64,000 nucleotides of DNA from Ostrea edulis (lineage: Eukaryota). Shown here piece by piece: positions 54,614 through 64,000 of the stretch (positions within the stretch are counted from its first letter, which is position 1; every line of letters begins with the position of its first letter). The stretch is taken from NCBI RefSeq assembly GCF_947568905.1, contig NC_079164.1, positions 100,564,001-100,628,000 of the forward strand. Direction: 5' to 3'. The notes beneath the pieces are model-generated. The model saw nothing but the letters and a program-made list of their open reading frames with translations. It did not search any database and was not told the origin of the DNA. The translations under genes were made by a program, and so were the position numbers.

Positions 54614-55752
54614 TTTTGCCTTGTGTTCCGCTCTGAAGGACTCCATCTCTCCAGGTAGGACCTTTAAACTGGAGGTTCTTCGAAGTCCTTGTTCCCTTCT
54701 CTGAAGCGTCACCACTGGGGTGGGAGCAGGAGGCAAGTTCTTCTTGGCCTCCATCTTTTCAAACAGCATCCTCATGCTTTGACTTCTATTGAGTCCAGTG
54801 GCCTCCGTCTTCAGTTTGGACACAGCACTGTCTGTTTGTGGAGTCTCAACAGAGATGATTTTATTGTCGTTCAAGTCCTTTTTGTCCTTGTCTTGAGAAT
54901 TTGACAGAAACTTTGAAATAATATCAACATTGGTTTTGGTATTGTGTCTAGCACTCTCACTTCGGCGGAGATTCACGGTTCTTTTCTCCACGCCATTCTC
55001 CATCACCACGGGCCTCCACCCAGCAGGTCCATCCGCTTTAGATTCCACATTTTCCACTACAATCGTGGGAACAGTCGTTTTGGTTTTTTCTGTTTCCTCT
55101 CTCTTCCATGTCAAAGGCTTCTCTCTGCCATAGTTTGTCACACGAGCGCTTTCTGTTCGACGAAGGGATATGTTTTTCCATGGTGGATCATTTGCTTTTG
55201 CAGTACTAACATCTTTCACAGACGTCTGCTTTTTCTGTGTGTCTGTTGATGAACTGACTGGAGATGACTGCTTTTTCTGTGAATCTGTTGATGGGCTGAC
55301 TGGAGTATGGGAGTTTTGAGGTTTAGTTTTAGATTGCAAAGTGGACTTTTCAGTCAATGCCTTGCTGGCAGTGTCCTCTAAGGGCTTCTTTGTTGCCTTA
55401 TCATTGCTGGCAGATTTCTCTTCTGTATGATCCCTAATCAATGCTTTCTTGGGATCTGGAGTATTGTGTGACTTGGTCTCTTGCTGTTTGGTGAGGGTTT
55501 TATTGCTTTCCTCTTGCACAAAGTTAGTAGTATTGCGAGCTGGGGGTCTCTCCCGAGACTTAGCACCACTGGGTTCAAAAACAGGCTTTAATGCAAGGTT
55601 AGAAGTGGAGGTCACCCGCACGCTCTCACTGCGACGAACACTTGCAGACTTCCTCTGCTGACCCAGTTCCTCTGGCTGGGCTCCTCCTCGCCCCACTAGC
55701 CAGTCTGTTTTCTTACTGACATAACCAGTCGGTTCTTTTTCTGTCCTCTCCC
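54614..55752 (-). CDS. SMTN-like: Ig-smoothelin-like gene, 1139-nt disordered S/T/K/E-rich spacer exon with repeated LRRSES/LRRTES/RRSES motifs
   Basis: Stop-free; tttgtccatag acceptor, AAA|gtgagt donor, phase 1/0. Confidence 0.88.
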
Positions 55753-55911
55753 CTATGGACAAAGGAAAACCAGAACACATTATAGAAGAAATCTTCCTTG
55801 TATGCATGCTTTGAATTATCTATCAAAAGAAGTTTTCTCTTGTTAGCATTATCGAAGTTGACTACCGCCTTACTTAAACTACATGGATAAGTAATCTAAT
55901 TGTCTTCTTGC

Positions 55912-56202
55912 CTTTCTGCACCATAATAGCACAGCTAGAGGAAACAGCTCCGAAGGAATTCCTGGCAACACATTCGTAGCAGCCACCATCTTGATCCATG
56001 ACTTCTTGAATTTTCAACAGAGCGATGTTGTTCTGGTACGTCTGCTTAAAGTCAGCTGTGTTCCCGATCAGCCGTCCATCTTTTCTCCACAGAATCACGG
56101 GAGCTGGGCTGCCCTTTATCTGACATTGAAGAGTCAGAGATTTCCCACAGGTTGCGACTGTGTCACTAAGGGCTTGGTGAATTGCAGGGGGGCCTTCTTT
56201 AG
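55912..56202 (-). CDS. SMTN-like: Ig I-set domain exon (PPAIHQALSD...LQCQIKGSPAPVILWRKDG...DGGCYECVARNSFG)
   Basis: I-set C/W/DxGxYxC motifs; ctttccag acceptor; AAG|gcaaga non-canonical donor, phase 1/1. Confidence 0.9.
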
Positions 56203-57921
56203 CTGGAAAGAAAGCATAATTGAGACCACTGTGAAATTTGTGACCTGAACAAATTTAAAAACAAAAGAAAAATTCTGTCTGACCTGTAAAGTGTTGAGCC
56301 ATTGTATTTTATGCTAGATTACCCTGAGAGTGCAGACACAATATTTGGGGAACATGTCGATATCTAAAATCAACATATCAATCACTTCTAATTAGTTGGC
56401 TGTTTCTAATTCCAATATCGCTTTAAAGTTTTAAATGTGAATTTTTCAAATGCTGCACATTCTGTTGACAAAATGCTTACCTTGCATTGAAATTTCTTAG
56501 GCAATTTCAACTCCACATAACATTCAGTAGGAAATATAGTACTCTTACTAACCAATTCTCTAGAGAGGACCTAGCCTATATCTTCTGGTGCTTTAAAGTT
56601 CAGAGACCAGCCCTTATCATATCTGGGTACGCTAAAAAGTCTCTCCCTTTTTCACAGATGTATCCAGGTCAAATGTATGTTTGTTAATTTTTGATAAAAA
56701 AAAAATTATCTGACATATTTAGCTTTGGCTGACAGGTTGAAGTGTTTTGATGTTGTGTCAGCTGGAATTTTCATAAAAGATCACATGACCTTATTTTTCA
56801 GTGATTCAACACTTACTTAAACGCGAACACCTTTACAGGTCAATAAATATTTGTTAACTTAATCAAAAGTAGCTTAATCTCATCAGACTCACCTTTATAT
56901 TGACCAGTATTAACAACACTAGCTACGACAAAACTTTTTTCAAAATTCTTATAAGCATAGAATAAATAAAATTTGTCAAAAGAAATGTACGATTTGTTCC
57001 CATGATAGCTCAATCAAACAGTAGGAAATATTTGTATAGAGTTATATACGGTGGGGTCATAGATTTCAACTTTTGAACATCATAGAAAATTTACAAGCCC
57101 CTATTTTTTTAATGTTTGGACTAATTACAACTACACCAAACAAAAAAAAAACAAAAAAAAAACGAAAAAACAAAAAAAAAGAATATTAACCCTTGGTTCA
57201 TTTCACCAATCTAGTTTTTCAAAAAATATAACAATGATATCACAGAATATAGAATATTAATGAACGGAAACTATACATGTTATGGAACATTTTCTTTTTA
57301 AACTTTATAAAAAATTCTTAATAGAAAATAGGGGTGCTTTCTGCCATCCCCCTCTTCTCCCAATTTTGTCGCATAATTGTCCTTGCAAAAAAAATACATG
57401 TATCTGAAGTTATGACATAATAAAGACTGAGCATGCAGCCGAACTGAAGTTTAATCAGGGCTCCTATACTGTATTAATTCTTCTGATTAAATCTATACAT
57501 AACACACTGCTGATAATGAGAATGCACCAGATAATCTCTCCATACCCCTAACTATGTATTGCTAACAACAGAACATTTTCAATTATAAAAATGAAACCCA
57601 ACACTTTAATTGGGTATGTCGCATGTAAGTGATGAAAATCTCTTTATCAGGTATTAAACTTTCCATTGTTGAGATGTAATTCAAATCATCGGATGATACA
57701 TAATACACAGAGGGGTCTCAATGCTTAACATTTAAATAAAACCACTACTCTCGATTAGATCTTACTCCTTATGGTATAGGCTAATCAGCCCAGGTTTCTT
57801 TTGAACATGACATGCTTTGTATCAATTGAATAATGATAAGTCTGTAATTGAGACCAGGCTGGGTACAATCCACAACAGACAGGAGGAGGTGGGGGGAGTA
57901 GGGGGGGGGGGGGTCACTCAC

Positions 57922-58221
57922 CTTTAACAACCACTAGGCAATCTACAGCCACTTTCCCACAAGAATTCTGGGCCACCACCTCATATTTCCCACTGTCCTC
58001 GGTGGCTGATTGCGAAATTTTCAGAAGAGCCACCCGACCATCATACAGTGACTTGGTGCGGGTGCCAGGAGCAAGCTTGGTTCCATCGCGGTACCATGAG
58101 ATGGAGGGAGTCGGGGAACCAATCACATCGCATTCCAGGAGAATCAGGTCTCCGAAACTGTAGATATTGCTCTCCGGTCGACTGAGGAACTGGGGGGCCA
58201 CCTCTCCGTCCCCCTCACTCT
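57922..58221 (-). CDS. SMTN-like: Ig I-set domain exon (APQFLSRP...LECDVIGSPTPSISWYRDG...DSGKYEVVAQNSCG)
   Basis: I-set motifs; gttacag acceptor, G|gtgagt donor, 300 nt, phase 1/1. Confidence 0.92.
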
Positions 58222-58477
58222 CTGTAACAACACAATGCATGTGAACATAAGAAAGTCCGCAGACATCAAGATCACAGGTCACTATTTCAAAGGGAGGGTC
58301 CCTGTACAGTGACTTTGATAAGATTACATGGAAATTAATCCAATTATCCCAACTCAATCATTACATTATGTTTGCTGAAAGTCTTAACCTTAAATGACCC
58401 CCCTAATCCTCAGAAAACAGAGGACAAGACCTAGGGATGGTAATGTGTCGTAAGTCATAGATAACACAAGACTTAGT

Positions 58478-58720
58478 AATCACAGCTAGAGGTTACAATT
58501 CTCAGGCTCAATTTTACAATCACAGAAAGCAGATACAATTCTCAGGCTCAATTTTACAATCACAGCTAGAGGTTTACAATTCTCAGGCTCAATTTTACAA
58601 TCACAGAAAGCAGATACAATTCTCAGGCTCAATTTTACAATCACAGCAAGCAGTTACAATTCTCAGGCTCAATTTTACAATCACAGAAAGCAGATACAAT
58701 TCTCAGGCTCAATTTTACAA
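58478..58720. repeat. 40-bp minisatellite, about 6 copies (ACAATTCTCAGGCTCAATTTTACAATCACAGAAAGCAGAT)
   Basis: Direct periodicity. Confidence 0.92.
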
Positions 58721-59257
58721 CTTATGTTGGGACATGAACACATGAATTATTTTGTATTTGAAAATTCGGTTTCAACATTGTATATACGCCAATTTTATGC
58801 ATCATTATTCATAAAAAAAATTTGTATGTGGTAAATATAAAATCAGCCAAACAACTAACCCCCAAGATATAATATATATCATTAATAAATAAAAATCAAA
58901 GTACCTATAATTAACAGGGTTGTAACCAGACACTGAAAATGGTTTACCTTAAAGCTACTTGCTACAAACAAACTGTTTTTAAAAAATGATGAAAATGGAT
59001 GCTAAATCTATGTTTATACATGGAATTCATTTTTTTCTCCATGATTTCTCAATTATATTCAATACAGTAGAGAAAACTTTGTATAAGGGAGGAGCAATAT
59101 ATAATTATAACATGAAAGAAATCATACAAGTTCCTAATATTCTAGGAATTTAATAGTTGTACTAATTACAACAAAACTAAAGCAAAAAAATATACATCAA
59201 CCAATGCATCCATTATTTTGTTTGTAGCAAGAGTCAATTAGACATTCTTAGGATGTC

Positions 59258-60738
59258 TATTTTCACTCAGAACCATATACATTCTATGAACACTGCTAAT
59301 TTTCACTCAGAACTATATACATTCTATGAACACTGCTTATTTTCACTCAGAACCATATACATTCTATGAACACTGCTAATTTTCACTCAGAACTATATAC
59401 ATTCTATGAACACTGCTCATTTTCACGCAGAACTATATACATTCTATGAACACTGCTTATTTTCACGCAGAACTATATACATTCTATGAACACTGCTAAT
59501 TTTCACTCAGAACTATATACATTCTATGAACACTGCTAATTTTCACTCAGAACAATATACATTCTATGAACACTGCTTATTTTCACTCAGAACCATATAC
59601 ATTAAATGAACACTGCTTATTTTCACTCAGAACTATATACATTCTATGAACACTGCTTATTTTCACTCAGAACTATATACATTCTATGAACACTGCTAAT
59701 TTTCACTCAGAACTATATACATTCTATGAACACTGCTTATTTTCACTCAGAACTATATACATTCTATGAACACTGCTAATTTTCACTCAGAACTATATAC
59801 ATTCTATGAACACTGCTTATTTTCACTCAGAACTATATACATTCTATGAACACTGCTTATTTTCACTCAGAACCATATACATTCTATGAACACTGCTTAT
59901 TTTCACTCAGAACTATATACATTCTATGAACACTGCTCATTTTCACTCAGAACTATATACATTCTATGAACACTGCTCATTTTCACTCAGAACCATATAC
60001 ATTCTATGAACACTGCTTATTTTCACTCAGAACCATATACATTCTATGAACACTGCTTATTTTCACTCAGAACTATATACATTCTATGAACACTGCTTAT
60101 TTTCACTCAGAACTATATACATTAAATGAACACTGTTTGTGTTCACTCAGAACTATATACATTCTATGAACACTGCTTATTTTCACGCAGAACTATATAC
60201 ATTCTATGAACACTGCTCATTTTCACTCAGAACTATATACATTAAATGAACACTGTTTGTGTTCACTCAGAACTATATACATTCTATGAACACTGCTTAT
60301 TTTCACTCAGAACCATATACATTCTATGAACACTGCTTATTTTCACTCAGAACTATATACATTCTATGAACACTGCTTATTTTCACTCAGAACTATATAC
60401 ATTCTATGAACACTGCTTATTTTCACTCAGAACTATATACATTCTATGAGCACTGCTTATTTTCACTCAGAACTATATACATTCTATGAACACTGCTAAT
60501 GTTCACTCAGAACTATATACATTAAATGAACACTGTTTGTGTTCACTCAGAACTATATACATTCTATGAACACTGCTAATGTTCACTCAGAACTATATAC
60601 ATTAAATGAACACTGTTTGTGTTCACTCAGAATTATATACATTCTATGAACACTGCTAATTTTCACTCAGAACTATATACATTAAATGAACACTGTTTGT
60701 GTTCACTCAGAACTATATACATTCTATGAACACTGCTT
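59258..60738. repeat. 40-bp minisatellite, about 37 copies (TTTTCACTCAGAACTATATACATTCTATGAACACTGCTTA)
   Basis: Direct periodicity; the TAAATGAACACTGTTTGTG variant alternates toward the right end. Confidence 0.97.
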
Positions 60739-61211
60739 TTTATCGTACATGTATATCAGTTATGTCATGAATCTACAGAAGCCACACTTCCTGTGACATT
60801 CAATAACCTTGAGCACAGTGCGTTCATTATCCAAAGAACAGTAACTCTGAGGAAGATGATGATATGCATAAGGTTGATGTTTTAACCAGTCAATGACTCA
60901 TACAGCTCACGAATACAGAGTGGCAATGAGAATTCATATCTACAGGGAATACTTTCAATATCTAATGATGAATATATTGTACTCTGCTTCAGCCAGCTAA
61001 AGGTTCAGAGGCAACTCTCTCATTCTATGTTATCATGGATATACATCTATTTTTTGTTTTTATTTTCATTACGTTTTATTTCCATCGTATATATTTATTT
61101 TTTATTACTGAGGCATATAGGGACTGTAGGGACATTAACCGAGGCTTTTACTTGTAAGAGAATTTTGTGATCTGGATGATGAATTTATTTTTTGTGCAGT
61201 ACCCTTGTTCA

Positions 61212-61935
61212 AGAAAAGTTCTCCACACACAGAAAGACTCAACCGAGTCTGCATAAAGAAAAGTTCTCTACACAGAGACTCAACCGAGTCTGCATATAGA
61301 AAAGTTCTCTACACAGAGACTCAACCAAGTCTGCATATAGAAAAGTTCTCTACACAGAGACTCAACCGAGTCTGCATATAGAAAAGTTCTCTACACAGAG
61401 ACTCAACCGAGTCTGCATATAGAAAAGTTCTCTACACAGAGACTCAACCAAGTCTGCATATATAAAAGTTCTCTACACAGAGACTCAACCAAGTCTGCAT
61501 ATAGAAAAGTTCTCTACACACAAAAAGACTCAACCGAGTCTGCATAAAGAAAAGTTCTCTACACAGACTCAACCAAGTCTGCATATAGAAAAGTTCTCTA
61601 CACACAAAAAGACTCAACCGAGTCTGCATAAAGAAAAGTTCTCTACACAGACTCAACCAAGTCTGCATATAGAAAAGTTCTCTACACACAAAAAGACTCA
61701 ACCGAGTCTGCATAAAGAAAAGTTCTCTACACAGAGACTCAACCAAGTCCGCATATAGAAAAGTTCTCTACACACAAAAAGACTCAACCGAGTCTGCATA
61801 AAGAAAAGTTCTCTACACAGAGACTCAACCAAGTCTGCATATAGAAAAGTTCTCTACACACAAAAAGACTCAACCGAGTCTGCATAAAGAAAAGTTCTCT
61901 ACACAGAGACTCAACTGACTCTGCATAAAGAAAAG
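61212..61935. repeat. 39-45-bp minisatellite, about 17 copies, with an internal AGACTC-AACC-GAGTCT hairpin
   Basis: Direct periodicity; explains ORF 61444-61746. Confidence 0.94.
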
Positions 61936-62073
61936 CTGTCGAATGACGACTGCTAACATTGGTACCTCTAATGTGATAAAAATTATGTTATTTGGTCCTA
62001 ATTTTTACTATAATTTTAAGGTATAACTAAAAAGGAACAACAGATATTTTTATATCCAGTAAAATTCACTGAC

Positions 62074-62358
62074 CTTTGACCTTAATTTGACAGGATGTTT
62101 TCGTCTCCCCTTTCTCATTCTTGGCAATACATGAATATTCTCCATGGTCATCCAAGAATATCTCCCCTATCTCCAATTTGGCTTTGTCTCCATCGAACGT
62201 CTGTCTGAAGTCTGTGGAGTTCCTCTGTATGATCCCGTCTTTGTACCACGCAATGTGAGTGGCGTCTGCCACCTGGCATTCCAACACCACCGCGTGGCCC
62301 TCTGTCGCCACCATATTCACCAGATTGGACAGGAAACAGGGAGCTCTAATGTTCATAC
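62074..62358 (-). CDS. SMTN-like: Ig I-set domain exon (APCFLSNL...LECQVADATHIAWYKDG...DHGEYSCIAKNEKG)
   Basis: I-set motifs; aatcacag acceptor, G|gtcagt donor, phase 1/1. Confidence 0.92.
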
Positions 62359-62594
62359 CTGTGATTAATTGAATAAAATTAACATTCCAGTATAAATAAC
62401 TTTACAGGCTATGCATATCTAATGATTTTCACTTCTATAGTATATGTAAGAGTTGTGTCCCTTGGTCAGCAAATAGAGTCCACACAAAATGAACTATAAT
62501 ATGGTTCTTTTTAAAGTTCTTTTTTTTTGTGTGTGTGTAGCTATTTTACCACATTACTATACCTGAAAATCATAACTAGGCACTTCTATTTGTA

Positions 62595-62925
62595 TTGCAT
62601 ATGAATTTGTTTTACATAGAACTGTATAAGATCGAAATACTTGCTATGCTAGCATTGTGTATGAATTTGTTTTACATAGAACTCAGTATCAGACAATATA
62701 CTTGCTATGTTAGCATTGCGTATGAATTTGTTTTATATAGAACTTGATACATGACAATATACTTGCTATGCTAAGCATTGGGTATGAATCTGTTTTATAT
62801 AAAACTGTACACAACAATACTTGCTATGTTAACATTGCATTATATGAGAACTGTACAAGACAATATACTATGTTAGTAGCATATGAATTTGTTTTTATAT
62901 AGAACTGTACAAGACTTACTTGCTA
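62595..62925. repeat. About 60-bp degenerate tandem repeat, about 5 copies, whose unit includes the exon/intron junction at 62920
   Basis: tatgaatttgtttt...agaact...tacttgcta recurs at about 60-bp spacing. Confidence 0.8.
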
Positions 62926-63192
62926 CGGTGAGCTTGGCCTTGGTCTGGGCCTCCCCCAGGGTATTACTGAACACACACTTATATTCCCCCATCTGGTCTC
63001 GCCTCACATTGTGGAGGGTCAAAGACGCCTTCCCAGATACGGGATCAAACACCGCCCCTTCGTGAACGACCCTGTCCCCGAGGAACCAGGTGACAAAAGG
63101 GGGTGGAGAACACGTAGCACAGCACTCCAAGGTCACGGATTTCCCTTCTGAAGCGGAGACATCTCGCATCACTGACTTAATCTCTGGACAGC
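62920..63192 (-). CDS. SMTN-like: Ig I-set domain exon (PEIKSVMRD...LECCATCSPPPFVTWFLG...QMGEYKCVFSNTLG)
   Basis: I-set motifs; ttctgcag acceptor, A|gtaagt donor, phase 1/1. Confidence 0.9.
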
Positions 63193-63610
63193 CTGCAGAA
63201 CAGAAGACACAGCATTACGACTTCAAAAGATGTTAACTGATCTTGCAGGTGACATTTAAAGCTCCTGAACATGGATATACTCCTTCCAATAGAAACTTAA
63301 TTTTCAATTTATTATACAAAGTCATGTCTTCAATTTACATTTACTGCAAACTATTAAAGAGGATTGGAACAAAAGAAATGAAATGTTTACTTTGAGTAGG
63401 GCACAACACCATCCTGATACATAAACAAAACTCTATAAGTCTAGGAAGAACCTTGACTTAAAAACACCCACTGCATACAAGAGTATTATTCTCTAATGAA
63501 CTACGACAGTTATGATCATGAAACCCATCACAGTTACACCACAACATCAAGTTTATAATGAGGGTATTATCACAAGCAAGGAAAGACATCACATTTTAAA
63601 CAGTGCCTAC

Positions 63611-63712
63611 ATATCTTCCAGCCGGAGCTGGAGTTCAAGACATCCGTGAGATGCAATTTTTGATTGCGACTATTCGTTTCTAAAATGCTGACAACTGAGA
63701 TGCCCGTGAAAT
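63611..63712 (-). CDS. SMTN-like: Probable upstream linker exon (FTGISVVSILETNSRNQKLHLTDVLNSSSGWKI); gene continues beyond the window
   Basis: ctaac branch site and ccattttgcag acceptor, open 102-nt phase 1/1, weak T|gtaggc donor. Confidence 0.5.
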
Positions 63713-64000
63713 CTGCAAAATGGAAGGCCAGTTAGATAAAACTAAAGGTTAGTTATTACAAGCAGCCACTAATTATCATATTAAAATTCCTCATAAAAAG
63801 TGAAGTTGATTAATGATGAAATGGTAATGCAAAAATTTAATTCTTTCAGGCTGTACATAATTTCTAGAATAACCTGTGCATATATATAGATCAATTAGTG
63901 TTGAATGGATATTCATGCAGCGAGCTACACCACTTTAAGCATATAATGTTTCACTGTTAAGTTGATGCAAATTGAGAGATGACAACAAGCAATATCTAAT

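Overview
AT-rich, intron-rich animal genomic DNA, most likely a bivalve mollusc (oyster-like), inferred from the repeat families and gene content. There is no prokaryotic content and no CRISPR. All exon models were built by hand from splice sites, reading phase and recalled homology; no database searches were run. Genes, left to right: (1) TRAF4 on +, 5'-partial, 5 exons, 3383-8038. (2) An orphan secreted protein of about 1500 aa on +, made of a signal-peptide exon (9219-9290) and one 4.4-kb exon (10283-14713), with a cryptic 25-aa repeat and an inverted SINE pair in its intron. (3) A 6-kb 62/66-bp satellite, then a nested cluster of transposon remnants (MITEs, a V-type SINE, a Penelope-like RT and a decayed hammerhead ribozyme). 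(4) An acidic ORF on - broken by one in-frame TGA, lying head-to-head with an intronless class A GPCR. (5) Two tandem paralogous secreted Pro/Lys/Thr-rich proteins on - that share motifs I do not recognise. (6) A large gene on -, 5'-partial, that joins at least four Ig I-set domains to a smoothelin/CH C-terminus. Gene 6 has a pair of homologous mutually exclusive exons for the first CH helix, a GC-AG intron and a probable internal promoter for a short isoform. The strongest novelty candidates are the splicing architecture of gene 6 and the cluster of orphan secreted proteins.
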